A stretch of DNA of 63,366 nt, counting the filler, from Octopus bimaculoides (lineage: Eukaryota): NCBI RefSeq assembly GCF_001194135.2. It is 5 parts of 4 records of this genome, joined end to end, with 100 filler letters (N's around TTAATTAATTAA, not from the genome) between each part and the next. Parts side by side here need not be neighbours in the genome. Positions count along the whole stretch, not along the records: positions 1 to 23,989 come from NC_068998.1; 4 more parts are not named here. One strand, given 5' to 3'. Below are positions 1 through 13,374 of this stretch, one piece after another. The position numbers and the translations under genes are program-made. The notes under the pieces were generated by a model that saw only the letters and a program-made list of their open reading frames with translations, was not told where the DNA came from and did not search any database. The first letter of the stretch is position 1. Every line of letters starts with the position of its first letter.

Positions 1-669
1 ATATATATATATATGTATGTATGTATGTATATATATATATATATAACAAAAAATCCCATAAAGCAGAAGTGTACTTCTGAGGCTTTGGAAGGAAAGTCCT
101 TTTAAATGGTGCCGAGAATTTCTTTTTTTTTTCAGATAGAGAACCGCCTGATCCCTCTTTGAATTTCTTTAATGTCCTTTGCATTGCCAAATAATCTGAA
201 ACCCTTAGTATTCATTGCGTTGTCTAAATAAACTCCAATAATAAACTTTATAATAAACTGCACATTCCACAAGTGGCAAATGATTCGTACGTGATACGCA
301 AATGATATTGATATGTGTTGGCTGTTTGTCCTTTATGAACCGTACGAAATATCCTACCTCTTCAAGCTCGCTAAGGTCATCTAGTCCACATTCTCATGAG
401 TAAGACAGCTGTTTCATAATAATGAAATTAATGTATTTTATATTATTTAACCGATTTTATTTATATAACCGTCTAACAAACATGCCTCGGAACTATTAAT
501 GAATGTGTTCTGTCACTTGCGAAGGCATTGACGTCGTTTTTAATTGTACATAAAGTAAATTTATTGTAAAAGAACCCACACATCTCTGCACTGTTGATTA
601 CGGTTGTATTTGCAGATTGATTGTTTATTGGAAGAAAATGTCTTCGCTGTTTACAATGGTTGCATCACA

Positions 670-750
<81 letters not shown>
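670..750 (+). repeat. Compound microsatellite (CAG)9(TAG)18
   Basis: Read directly. Confidence 0.95.
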
Positions 751-752
<2 letters not shown>

Positions 753-1385
753 AAGTGAAATGACCCAAGTGGTAATTGAATGCATGTTTATGGCTCTGCT
801 GCTCACCAAAAACATGATTTTTGCTTTCCTTTTCGACATATGGTCGTAGTTTCTCGTAGTTCTAGAGAGACGGTTCTGCAATTTTTTGCTGAACAACCTG
901 CACAAATGATTTGATTATAGTGATCAAATGTACCTACTCTGCATTAGCTCACACTCTCCATTAGATTGATGTTACGATGATCCACAAATCAGGTGTTGAA
1001 GTGAATGCAGAGTAACATGAGATGAAATGTTTTACTCAACGCACCAACCCTTCCAGGAATTGAAACTACGACTGAAAGTGCAACACAGTAATCACTATCA
1101 TGCGCCCTTTACTTTCAGAGTATATATTACTTTTAAACGCCATTAAAATGCTTCAGGAAGGAAACGTTTTATGATGAAATCAAATGAAATACACTACTAC
1201 TTCAATCTTCTAATTTATGTGGAATGTCAAAAGCATTGCTTCCTGCAAAAAAAATTGATAAAAATGGGTCATAATTTCGATTCACCTTTATGAGTTTGAT
1301 TCCCTCTTGAGAGGTTTTTTGTTCTTAATACTGAGAAAGAAATTGAAAACCGAACCGCTTTATTAGTTTTCTTTCTTTCTTTCTT

Positions 1386-1425
<40 letters not shown>

Positions 1426-1428
1426 CTT

Positions 1429-1463
<35 letters not shown>

Positions 1464-2149
1464 TTTTTTTTCATTTTTCAAACATATTAAAATCGATGGT
1501 AAATTAAATTATGGTGTTTAGAGATATTTTCGTAGTCGAATAAGTCTCATAATTCGAATAAGCAAAACGAGTGGGAATGTAGTGTTTGGAAATAACTAGA
1601 ATGTATTGCAAATATTTGCAAATGTTGCAATCATTACAAGATATTTATCGTACGATGGGATGTAAACATTTCTAGTGAAAGAATCGTGTCAAAACCCGTT
1701 CGTGCAATTTAGATATATATAAGCAATCTGTCAATAAATCAGGGCATGGCATTCACAATTCTGCATGTAATAGAAATGAATACACTCGGAAATGTAAATA
1801 TTAGGTATAAAAGAGTAGATAGATATAGAAAGTAGAATAAAATTAAAACGAAGAGACAGTTGTTTTTGCACTCAAATGCGTTTGTAAAGTAAAATTAAAT
1901 ACTGTAGCAGAAATTGCTATTGATCATTACAAAATAGTGGTTGTCTTATTATTAGGTTAAATATGTAATTATAAACAAAACACCCGTTTAAACATTTCTA
2001 ACAAGGTCAAGCGTTAATATGAATATAAACACATTATGTTTGTATGTTAAAATAGGAAGGATATGTGCAAAAATGTCTAGACTGAATTATAAATTAAATG
2101 GGTAGAATGATCATAACGCTCTGTTGGTTTCGACGACGAGAGTTTCTGT

Positions 2150-2440
2150 TGATCCGATGCACGGAATAACCTGTTCGTGAAATTAACGTGTAAGTGACTG
2201 AGCAGTCCATCAACAAGTGTAAACCTTAATATGGTTCTCAGGGATATTCAGTGTGACACAAAATGTGGAAAGGCTGTTCCTATGAAATACAGATACTGCT
2301 CATTTTTGCCAGCTAGCTGAGTGAACTGCAGCAACGGGAAATAAGGTAACTTGCGAAAGGACACAAAGTGCCACCGGTTATCGAACAAGTGACTTTACAA
2401 CAGTTAACAGAATACCCTAACCACTGAGCCACACGCCTTC
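2150..2440 (-). mobile_element. tRNA-derived SINE (third family)
   Basis: Minus-strand head ggcgtgtggctcagtggttagg (A box) and gttcgata (B-box-like). A related fragment lies at ~950-1110. Confidence 0.55.
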
Positions 2441-2880
2441 AATCAGGTTTGTTCAACGACTGTCTCTATCTTATTACCTTAGTGGAGAGTATCCCTGTGC
2501 GAAATTAAACAAAACAGGAAGAGATAAACTCATATTCTATGCAAGTAGAATTAGGTAATGCGATTATTTTTAAGTAAATTAAGGAATGGGATTATTTGTA
2601 AGTGAAATTATGTAATGGGATTAACGGTAAGAAAATTATTGCTATACGATTGGAATTACATGAGTTGAATAATAGAAATTTGTTTGGACGATATTCTTGT
2701 TAATTCTTAATGTTATTCGTTCGTAGTGGCATTTGCTGTCTAAAAAAGTTTACAAAGAATAGGATTAGGAGTTACATTTGTGTGGGATGTGAGACGGAAA
2801 TGGGAATTTTCAAAAGTTAGGATGACAAAAATATTCGAATACTAATAAATAAGTGCATACATGTAAGACTACAGAAACCA

Positions 2881-2914
<34 letters not shown>

Positions 2915-4039
2915 GATACAAAAGAACTTACAGTAAAGACGCTTGCATATATAAATAATTATGTATGTATGTATATGTATGTCCTGGGTAAGACTTGAAG
3001 CTGCATTATGTAGTGGGGCTGTGGTACGGGTCTTCGTGCTTTTGAGGAGCGTGGAACCACCTCTCAATCACAATTATTCCCAGGTCTACTCTCAACCGGA
3101 GTAGTGGCTCCTTTCAAAACCCGAGCTGTGGGTTAATTAGTGCCGCAGGGGTTTGGTTGTCGATCTATATGAGCTGGCCGATGAAGGTTTATTTCTTTGA
3201 CTGCATAAATAACTGAAGCGAACCCGCGGATATTAAACTGAAATATCTTCTGCGGAACAAAAAGCTATTTGGTTTTGGTTATTTATGATGAACAATATTA
3301 CTAACTGCTGACTGAGAGAGAGAGTAAAACTACCTTGAAATTATGGAACACTATCTGTATGATAACATGTGGTCGATCCAAGAATATACGAAGTCATCTG
3401 CGTCTGCGAAAATATCGCTGGCAGCAGAGATCCGTTGACCAATGCGCTCTAAACTACGGAAGAAACGATTTTTATTGGAGAGAAGAGGTTTTATTCTAAA
3501 CATTCGAGAAAACGATATCACGCTGATTGGTCCATATATAGACAGACTACACTAAACTATAGTGGTAACTCGTTGGCTCTGACTGAGTATCTAGCGGTTA
3601 GGCGTCGAATCACTGCTGCACGAGTGTATGAGAAGACATTCCATCTGAACGTCGGAGTGGTTAGATTGAATACCCTTGTTTGGTGTCAGAGCACCTAACA
3701 AGATCAAATGTGAGTGAAGGACTTCTGGCTGTCGTCACAGTATCCTTCACGGGGAGGAATGCCCTGATGTAAAACCTGCGATTACAGAGGATTGCTAGTC
3801 ATCTCACTTCGGTATGACACTAGAACAACTCAAGCCTGATGATCAGGGGACAATGTTCTGCATATAGAGTTATGTTTGTTCAGAGTAAAGAATTATTTCC
3901 ATGATGAGAAGTGAAAAGTACGGAAGGAAGACAATTAAAAAGAACCATTAAAATTAAGTTTCAAAAATACAGCTGTCTTGTAGAAAAGGGCGTGAGTAAC
4001 ACATTCTGACTTACAATGTATACTACACTCTCTTTCCAA

Positions 4040-4108
<69 letters not shown>

Positions 4109-7100
4109 CAGATAGATAAACTTACTTGGAAATGGATCGTGACATTCAATCAAATAATATAATATAATANNNNNNNNNNNNNNNNNNNNNNNNNNNNNNN
4201 NNNNNNNNNNNNNNNNNNNNNNNNNNNNNNNNNNNNNNNNNNNNNNNNNNNNNNNNNNNNNNNNNNNNNNNNNNNNNNNNNNNNNNNNNNNNNNNNNNNN
4301 NNNNNNNNNNNNNNNNNNNNNNNNNNNNNNNNNNNNNNNNNNNNNNNNNNNNNNNNNNNNNNNNNNNNNNNNNNNNNNNNNNNNNNNNNNNNNNNNNNNN
4401 NNNNNNNNNNNNNNNNNNNNNNNNNNNNNNNNNNNNNNNNNNNNNNNNNNNNNNNNNNNNNNNNNNNNNNNNNNNNNNNTATATATATATATATATATGA
4501 ATATATATATATATGTATATATGTATATACGTATATGTAAACATACACACATATGTATGTGTGTGCATATATGGGTACACGACGTCACAAGCCGTAAACA
4601 ACAGGAAATTCAAAAATAAAAGAGTTGAATACATGGTAAACACGACAAGTAACATAAAGAACGACACTTCATCAGTTGATGGCTGTCTATATACTCCTCA
4701 TTTAGAACATTGAACGACAATATGAGTCTCCGAAGGGCAGTTGCTCCCGCAAACCAAAATAAAATTTGGTATTTGCGGAGGGTCAAAATTGGTAACAAAA
4801 ACAGGACAGTGGAGACATACAAGGAGACCGAACAAGAACAAACATAAAGGGTCGTTATACCAGGCGAAGGTAAAATAGCGAACGCTAGAGAATTATTCTC
4901 TTTGACAAGAGGGAAGATAGAACAGAGACACAGGTGGGATACGACAACCGTGAAGGAAAAGAAAGATGGACGATGGCCATGTGTGACCAACGAGAGAGAG
5001 AGAGAGAGAGTGTGTGTGTGTGTGTGTGCGCGTGTGTGTGTGCGCGTGTGTGTGTGCGCGTGTGTGTGTGCGCGTGTGTNNNNNNNNNNGAGAGAGAGAG
5101 AGAGTGTGTGTGTGTGTGTGTGCGCGTGTGTGTGTGCGCGTGTGTGTGTGCGCGTGTGTGTGTGCGCGTGTGTGTGTAAAGGAGAGAGAGGGAGAGACAG
5201 ACAGACAAGCAGGCAGACAGACAGACAGGCAGGCAGACAGGCAGACAGACAGACAGGCAGACAGGCAGACAAACAGACAGGCAGACAGGCATACAGGCAG
5301 ACAGGCAGACAGACAGGCAGGCAGACAGACAGATAGATAGAAAGTAGTGTATGTATATAACGTGTGTCAACTGATCTCGACTAAAATAAGTGGAAATTAA
5401 TTTCTATCTATTACTCATCAGTATGTCTGGGACACTACGCTTTAGGCTTCACGCTCGTTTCTAAATATGCTCATCAAACGGTGTTGGGGCGGTGATTGCA
5501 AGAATGCAAACTGTATGAGCCTTAAAATAAAAGGGGCTATACTTCAAAGCAAATTGACAAAGAATCAATAAAAGCTGACCTTGAAGTTGATTTGTTAAAA
5601 TTATATGAAAATCAACATGTGCCAAAGACTTATTCGTAAGTTTCAAAAACTAAGCATTATTCAGCTGAAGATAGTAAAGACAAAAACTATCGAAATTGCC
5701 TTAAAATAATTATTGTGAATGCAATGCAATGCCTTGAAAGAGTTATTCTATTTTATGACTCTTTGAAATATCATATCAGATAAAACTGCCGAAGAAATAA
5801 TTTGAGTAGGAATTATCCAATCGAAATTAGTCTTCAATTCGCGGAATAAGTATTGAGAGAAATGGAACAAAAAACTAATCTATAAAATGTAACATCTTCA
5901 GTTTACATATGCAATATGAAGCTAGAAAATTAGTTTAGAAAAGGAATAATGCCTCGAAATTAGCTGATTTTTTTTATAACACACTGTTGTTAAATGTCTT
6001 CTATATAAGATGTCGTGTATTTAAGAACAACACGAAACTGAGCAATGTGTCAAAATAACAACAATAGAACTGTGATCTTAAGGAAGAATGGCTCATGGTA
6101 AATTTCAATAATTAATAGAGATGAAAACAATTGAGACAAGTATAGAAATTATTTAAAACAACATAAGGAAGGATATTTCAAAATGATGCAGGAAGCGTGT
6201 AGCAGAAGCTGACAACCTAGCCAACAACAGAGCTATACTAACCTCTGCCGTCAGTGCATAAGACAACTGGCTATAAGACTTTTCAATGTTATCATTTATA
6301 GAAAGTAGAAAGCAGGGAATTGACCGGTGTGGTGGATTGGACAGAACATCGAATTGGCTTTGACAGATAGAGAGAGAGACAGATATTTAGTTACTTCTTA
6401 TAAATAGTTACTTCTCTCTTCATTGTGTTCAGATAAAGAGATCTTTACTCTCAGCTGCTCTGCGTCAGTAACTCAGAAAGTACTTGTTACGTCCCGAACA
6501 AATATAATTTATTACGTCTTCCTCACAAATGTGTCCAAGCTGGACATCATGAAAAACCATGGCTAGTGCCACAAACAATGAGAGCCACTATAAATCCTGC
6601 GTCGAAATGATTGCATTTTGCATGTGAAACCGAAGTTATGGACAAACGTATAAAACCTTGTCATTTTACACCCTCCATGAAAACAAGCAATATGATGTAG
6701 TTGTATGTAGCCAAAATAAAAAGGAAAACATTAGAGCAAAAGAAAAGGTAGCGAGTGAAATAGAGCAAGAAGAAAGCACGCAGTGAACCTCATTTAAAAC
6801 ACATTTTACTTTACGAATGTTATTCAGACGTTCGATAATGACTTTGAGAAAATATGAACGCCAGAATATCTCACTTCTGTTTCTCCTTTAAATATATTTC
6901 TTACGTGTGTTAGTCAAAAGAAACCAAATGTTAAAGTAAACAAGACTGAAGTGAGCGTTCGAAATAATCAATAAATAAGGAGTATAAGGAAAAAGTAACA
7001 AAGTGTAGGCGAATCTTATCTTTTCATTTAGCTATACTTCAATCAGATCTCATAGTCTGAGTTAGTTTTCCACATAGATATCGACTTTCATTTCTATCAG

Positions 7101-8385
7101 CATTTAGACACAACTTGTTACAATTCTCTTTTTTTTTTTTACATATCACGTAATATTGATGGCCAATAAAACAATAAATAATTAATAAATCTTGAACACT
7201 CTTCTCCTTATCTTCTAACACACTGGTTACAGCATATTTGATGCAGACAGACACTAATCTGATAATTCATTTTTTTTCTCTCTCATTCTTAATATTGATA
7301 AATAAATATAAAAAGTATTTCGCTAGCTTTTTATCAATATATATATATATATACANNNNNNNNNNNNNNNNNNNNNNNNNNNNNNNNNNNNNNNNNNNNN
7401 NNNNNNNNNNNNNNNNNNNNNNNNNNNNNNNNNNNNNNNNNNNNNNNNNNNNNNNNNNNNNNNNNNNNNNNNNNNNNNNNNNNNNNNNNNNNNNNNNNNN
7501 NNNNNNNNNNNNNNNNNNNNNNNNNNNNNNNNNNNNNNNNNNNNNNNNNNNNNNNNNNNNNNNNNNNNNNNNNNNNNNNNNNNNNNNNNNNNNNNNNNNN
7601 NNNNNNNNNNNNNNNNNNNNNNNNNNNNNNNNNNNNNNNNNNNNNNNNNNNNNNNNNNNNNNNNNNNNNNNNNNNNNNNNNNNNNNNNNNNNNNNNNNNN
7701 NNNNNNNNNNNNNNNNNNNNNNNNNNNNNNNNNNNNNNNNNNNNNNNNNNNNNNNNNNNNNNNNNNNNNNNNNNNNNNNNNNNNNNNNNNNNNNNNNNNN
7801 NNNNNNNNNNNNNNNNNNNNNNNNNNNNNNNNNNNNNNNNNNNNNNNNNNNNNNNNNNNNNNNNNNNNNNNNNNNNNNNNNNNNNNNNNNNNNNNNNNNN
7901 NNNNNNNNNNNNNNNNNNNNNNNNNNNNNNNNNNNNNNNNNNNNNNNNNNNNNNNNNNNNNNNNNNNNNNNNNNNNNNNNNNNNNNNNNNNNNNNNNNNN
8001 NNNNNNNNNNNNNNNNNNNNNNNNNNNNNNNNNNNNNNNNNNNNNNNNNNNNNNNNNNNNNNNNNNNNNNNNNNNNNNNNNNNNNNNNNNNNNNNNNNNN
8101 NNNNNNNNNNNNNNNNNNNNNNNNNNNNNNNNNNNNNNNNNNNNNNNNNNNNNNNNNNNNNNNNNNNNNNNNNNNNNNNNNNNNNNNNNNNNNNNNNNNN
8201 NNNNNNNNNNNNNNNNNNNNNNNNNNNNNNNNNNNNNNNNNNNNNNNNNNNNNNNNNNNNNNNNNNNNNNNNNNNNNNNNNNNNNNNNNNNNNNNNNNNN
8301 NNNNNATATATATATATATATATGCATATATATATGTATGTATGTGTGTACATATATACATATGTATGCATGTGTGTATATTCTG

Positions 8386-8421
<36 letters not shown>

Positions 8422-8524
8422 GTATATCGTGTATATTTATGTGTGTATGTGCTTATAAAATAAGTCTTTGGCTACTGAAAGCCAGCTGTGAACAAACTAA
8501 TCTGTAAAGGAGTAGAATATAATG

Positions 8525-8645
8525 TTGGTTTCAAATTTTGATACAAGTCCAGAAATTTCCGAGCAGGGGCGAAACCGATTGCATCGACCCCAGTGCTCAA
8601 GCGATACTCATTTTATTTGTATGGAAAGGATGAAAGGTAAAGCCG
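8525..8645 (-). mobile_element. SINE fragment, main family
   Basis: catcgaccccagtgctc..gaaaggatgaaagg is shared with the other copies. Confidence 0.7.
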
Positions 8646-8754
8646 TATGTCTTTCCAGTTATACTTCCCTAACAAGACTTTGATACTAGAAGCAACAAAA
8701 ATATTTCCAGAAGAAAAAGTTGTACTAAATGAGGTAAAACAGCCTATATATATA

Positions 8755-9184
8755 ATTCTTTTCTACTCTAGGCATTAGACCCGAAATTAATTTTGGGGGA
8801 GGAGACAGACGACTAGATCGACCCAAGCACGAAACTGGTACTTAATTTATCGACCCCGAAAGTATGAAAGGCAAAGTCGACCTCGGTGGAATTTGAAGTC
8901 AGAACGTAACGGCAGACGAAATACCGCTAAGCATTTCGCCCGGCGTGCTAACGTTTCTTATTTCTTTACTGCCCACAAGGGGCTAAACATAGAGTTTACA
9001 AACAAGGACAGGCAAAGGAATTAAGTCGATTACATCGACCACAGTATATAACTGGCACTTAATTTATCGACCCCGAAAGCACGAAAGGCAAAGTCGACTG
9101 CAGCGGAATTTGAACTCAGAACGTAACGGCAAACGAAATACCGGTAAGCATTTTGCCCAGCCTGCTGTTTCTACCAGATCACCT
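8755..9184 (-). mobile_element. Dimeric tRNA-derived SINE, main family, Nin-like core
   Basis: Two monomers, each with a B box GAGTTCAAATTCC-like motif and core GCCTTTCATCCTTTCGGGGTCGATAAATTAAGTACC. Junction at 8957/8958. Confidence 0.85.
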
Positions 9185-10630
9185 TTTATTGAAACAGCCC
9201 ATATTGTTGATTAGATAGGATGGGGATATTAGCAACCACTTTTCACAATCGTTCCTAGTAATATAGAACAGATGAACCTCTCAGACTATGCAGGGAACTT
9301 ATCTGCATGACAGAGACATGTAATCGAGGAAAATATCCCTTTATGCACGAAATATTTTCTCGATGCAATGTTGGGAAATAGGCCCATGAAATGTTTGGAG
9401 CGATATCTAATCCATCCGTAGAAGTAGGTCTTATAGGACAGAATGTAATGTTTTCGAGATTGACAATATCACAAAACAGGAGGTTGAATTAGAGCTACCT
9501 ATGGTAGCTTGCATCACAGTACCACACAAGTGTTACAGTGAAGTATACTGGTAATAATGTTACCCTTTATCATAACCTCCTCTTTGGCACATTATTCATT
9601 GAAGTAACGAGAAATGACATGCGATTGACTAGATCTATATAGACAGGCAAATTGTTGTGATGCTCGAATACTTCAGAACATCTAGGGACCTGTACTCCCT
9701 AGTACATGTGGGAAGAGGATCAATGAGACTCGTGTACGTGCCAAAGTAATAGGTATTTGAATTGAGTGTAGCTGGAAAAGCTTAAAACAAAACAAAGAAG
9801 ATAACAGTCGAGACAACAGCAATATAATCATACAATACAAAGCACCCTTCTCACAGCACCAACGTTGGCGCCGCGAGAAGTAGCAGAAGAAATATTCTCG
9901 CCTTCATCAGAAAACAAACATCAGAGGACCAATCATCTAACCATAACTAACAATGCTATCTCATTGCCGGGTGATAATGGGGTGATGGATGGATACACAG
10001 CAGAGAGAATGCTGAAGCGTAGAGAAAATGAATTTACCAAATAATAAAACAGCGCTAAAAGGAAATGTTCACCCAGAGAGAAACCGAGATGAATGAGCGC
10101 CGAGAAGCACAAACCCTCATCGAAACTCATCAAATTTACATTGGTATGTATAGCAAACTAATAACTGATTAGCGATCTCAGTAACTTTCAGAAAAGTTCA
10201 ACTGCAGATTTGTGAAGGCATGTGATTATGCTGAGTGTATAAGAAATAGAGTCTGTGAAAACCACGGTACAATGAAATTAACAGCTGTACTTACTATCAG
10301 GAGGACTACGGCTACTTGTCACACGTTCTAAAACTCGAGCTTTTCACGGACTCTTTCGTGACCAACTCGATGTTCTGTTCCTGAAAATGGATTATGTGGA
10401 AGCATTAGGGGATGTCTAGTGGCGAGGTAATTTTTGAAATTGAAACATAAACTTCAAGTAGACTAATCATACACACACACACACACTCTCTCTCTCTCTC
10501 TCTCTCTCCCTCTCTCTCTATCTCTCACTCACTCTCTTTCTCTCACTTTCTCATTCAAATATAAATTAGTCTAGCTTATAAGATATTCAGACATCATGTT
10601 GCACGGANNNNNNNNNNTGTGCATTATTAT

Positions 10631-11682
10631 TACCTCCGCCTTAGTGAAGGCGGGGGTATTGTTTTCAGTCGTGCTTCTTTGTTTGTCCGTGAACAAGATA
10701 TCTCAAAAACCGCTGGATGGATTTGGATAGAACTTTCAGGCATGCTTGGCCTTGCGACTGGTACGAACTGATTAGATTTCGGAATCGATCCGGTACCGGA
10801 CAAGGATTCTGGATTATTTGTTATATTTACTTTACTTTACACGAAGTCTTACGATCTTACGGACAATCAAATCTTTCTCTGATTATCTCCCTTGAAAGCA
10901 CGCACATGGTTTCTACCTAAGCTATGGTGGCGTTGCTCTTTCCAAAGTTTTATTTTCGTTTCTCTTATTAATTTTACTCTCGTCTCTATCTTAATAGAAA
11001 CTGATGGACAAAGAAATCGAACTATATGAAAAAAACGCTAGCGAAACCGTTCAAAAATTAAATAACACTAAAATATTCAGTGACTTGTAAATTCAATTTA
11101 TTCTCGACAATATTTAGTTTTACCAATTTTGAATATACGCTCCCTTTTATAACCTCTTACCCACTTGACAATTACATTTCTAGCTCTGCCTTGAAAGAAG
11201 CTTTACTTCCTGGACTCACGTTTTTTGTGTGCAACAATGTTGTTAAACCTCTGTTAACAGCACCGTATGCAGGTCCTTTCCGTTTTATTTCACGCACGAA
11301 TAAATTTTATACTATAGGCCTTAATGGTCGTAGAGACACTATATCAGTGGTTAGACTAAAAAAGGCCTTCATAGAGGAAACTGTCCCTGTTCCCACTGCA
11401 GACAGCACATACACAGCATTACAAACATGGCCCGCACACTCACATTCATATTCTATGACTACCATTGGGATCGATCAGGTACCGACCAAGGATTCAGGGT
11501 TATTTTTCCGGTTTCTTCACTCAATTTTCGAGAGCGGTCGGCTTCATTTTTAGTATTCTCGTTTGTGAGAGCAGTCGAGTTCATTTCAGATATTCTCATT
11601 TTAAAAATCATCTCCGGCTAATAGTTGAAAGGACGCTGGTGTTGACTTGGCGAAGATTTGCGCTCTCTGAGTGGTCTTGTTA
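10631..11682 (+). mobile_element. Helentron-associated non-autonomous element (HINE/DINE-1-like)
   Basis: 5' hairpin TACCTCCGCC-ttagtgaa-GGCGGGGGTA (10631-10658), followed by gtttgtccgt and gatatctcaaaaac. 3' subTIR tggcgaagat (~11648) is followed by the small palindrome gcgctc-tct-gagtg. An internal ~35-bp segment gatcgatcnggtaccgnncaaggattc is present at ~10785 and ~11470. Confidence 0.6.
11200..11379 (+). mobile_element. Ty3/Gypsy integrase C-terminal (GPY/F) fragment
   Basis: FFVCNNVVKPLLTAPYAGPFRFISRTNKFYTIGLNGRRDTISVVRLKKAF matches the PL.PPY.GP....R..K.F.I...G..DTVS.DRLK pattern. Confidence 0.75.
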
Positions 11683-12527
11683 TTGTTATCATTATTGTTA
11701 TAATTAGTAGATAGAGACAAGTGTACTACGCTGAAGAGAGAAAGATAGAAAGAGAGAGAGGGGAGGGAAGGAGGAAGGGAGACTGAAATTGAAGTGAAAA
11801 TAATAAGCACTTACAAAGAGGGAAACGTCATAAAATGTCAGTCGCTTATTAGTTTTCTGAACAATGTATCTGTACATTATAACTATCCTTCATTTTTTAA
11901 TCTCATTTCTGTTTTATTTTCTGCTTCTACCCATGAGCGTCGTATTTGGGACTTTAGTTTTGGTTTATTCAGGATATGTGAGCAAATTTTAATAAAGTTA
12001 TATAGTAAAATAGTGAAATTCTTGAGTCAATAATCGGGTGTTAGCAGTGCAGTATGATATTGTTTTAGAACAGTATTAGATGTACTATAATACACAAGAT
12101 AGCTAGTGCGTGAATTTTATATTAAACTAAAATGATTTCAGATTTTGTATTATACCAATGTATATGAATAACCCACAGATACATTAAGGTGTTTTATTGT
12201 TCTGCTGTGTGTTGTTAAGTGACAGTCTCTACTCTCTCTCTATCTCCCTCTTCTCACATACACACACCTATATATATGTGTGTGAGAGTGTGCGCGCGTG
12301 TATCTCCGGGCGTGTGTAGCAGGTATGTATGTATGTATGTATGTATGTATGTATGTATGTATGTATGTATGTATGTATGTATATGGTACATTTATTCAAA
12401 GAGTAAAACTGGATACAACGAAACCATGCTTCGAAGTGGTATCAATTATTATATACAAAATTAGTTTGACCCTAATTGCTATGAATGCAAAACCTATTTC
12501 ACTTACCTTTTTCACTGGATTTTTCAA

Positions 12528-12563
<36 letters not shown>

Positions 12564-13140
12564 ACATATATATATAAGTAGACACACATACATATTTAAC
12601 ATACACAATATTTCCTTAAGTGTTTTCATTAGATTCACGCTGTTGAGACACAATAAATCCCAGATTTATATATCATGACTTGTGCCTCGAAGTACTCCTT
12701 TCGATTCAAGTGATCATCGTGCCTGATTTTGTTTGAAAATAACGAGAAAGGTTGTTGGTTTACGAGAAAAAAAAACAGAAAGAAAAATCGAATGGAATGC
12801 AGAAGGTGGAAAGAGAAAAAGCGCAATGAATAAAGAAAAGGCAAAGAAAACTAAAAAAAGAAAGAATGAACAGAAAACCAAGAATTGCTTCCCTTTTTTC
12901 ATCGAAATTAGAATCAATATGGATGGTGTTCAAATTAGAATTAACATAGCAGGTGGAAAATAATTAAAGGGGAGGGTGGTGTCATCCAGTCCGGCAAAAG
13001 TAATCATTTCATTTGTTTACATTTATTGAAAATTAGGATCTGGAATTCTATTAAGTTCTATATTAAGGAGATGAGGAATTATGTACATTATTTACATTAT
13101 TTACATTTGACGGATATTTGTCTTCATCTTGTTTGTTGTT

Positions 13141-13186
13141 AACACAACGTTTCTGCTGATATAATATCCAGACTTCATCAGGTGTT
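13141..13186 (-). ncRNA. Minimal type I hammerhead ribozyme motif, stem II base damaged
   Basis: Minus strand AACAC CTGATGA A GTCTGG atattata TCAGCA GAAA CGTT GTGTT. Stem I is AACAC/GUGUU, stem III is palindromic ACGU, the cleavage triplet is GUU, and there are two mismatches at the base of stem II. Confidence 0.6.
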
Positions 13187-13232
13187 TGGGGAAATTTCGA
13201 ACCAGGGTTCTCATTCCTATGGTATTTTTCGA

Positions 13233-13281
<49 letters not shown>

Positions 13282-13331
13282 ACATCTAAACATACCTTAG
13301 GAATGAGAACCCAGATTCGAAATTTCCCCAA

Positions 13332-13374
13332 GACACCTGATGAAGGCTGAAGGGTATATCAGTCGAAATGTGTT
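13332..13374 (+). ncRNA. Minimal type I hammerhead ribozyme motif, stem III and cleavage site deleted
   Basis: GACAC CTGATGA A GGCTGA agggtata TCAGTC GAAA TGTGTT. Stem II (6 bp) is intact, but the CGT present in the twin copy is missing after GAAA. Confidence 0.55.

Noticed and set aside
670-750. (CAG)9 as a coding polyglutamine tract
   Set aside because: It runs straight into (TAG)18 stops, with no exon context.
3835-3847. Other CTGATGA hits (3836, 24092, 55116 minus, 59494, 61768)
   Set aside because: No stem II plus GAAA plus closing stems can be drawn.
7238-8386. Long ORFs spanning N runs (also 3935-4667, 21398-22022, 25791-26555, 32853-33736, 39594-40493, 44478-45569, 47773-48713, 57870-58716)
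   Set aside because: They are open only because N codons are not stops; the rest is microsatellite translation.
9861-9915. Minus-strand CTGATGA plus a GCGAGAA/TTCTCGC stem and AACGTT; also a plus-strand TGGCGCC primer-binding-site-like motif
   Set aside because: GAAA is missing and stem I does not pair. There is no LTR or gag to support a PBS.
12690-12735. Possible terminal hammerhead of the 12960-14330 Penelope element (minus strand cacgatgatc..atcgaaaggagta)
   Set aside because: The position is plausible, but the core has two changes and stem III is deleted; too degenerate to call.
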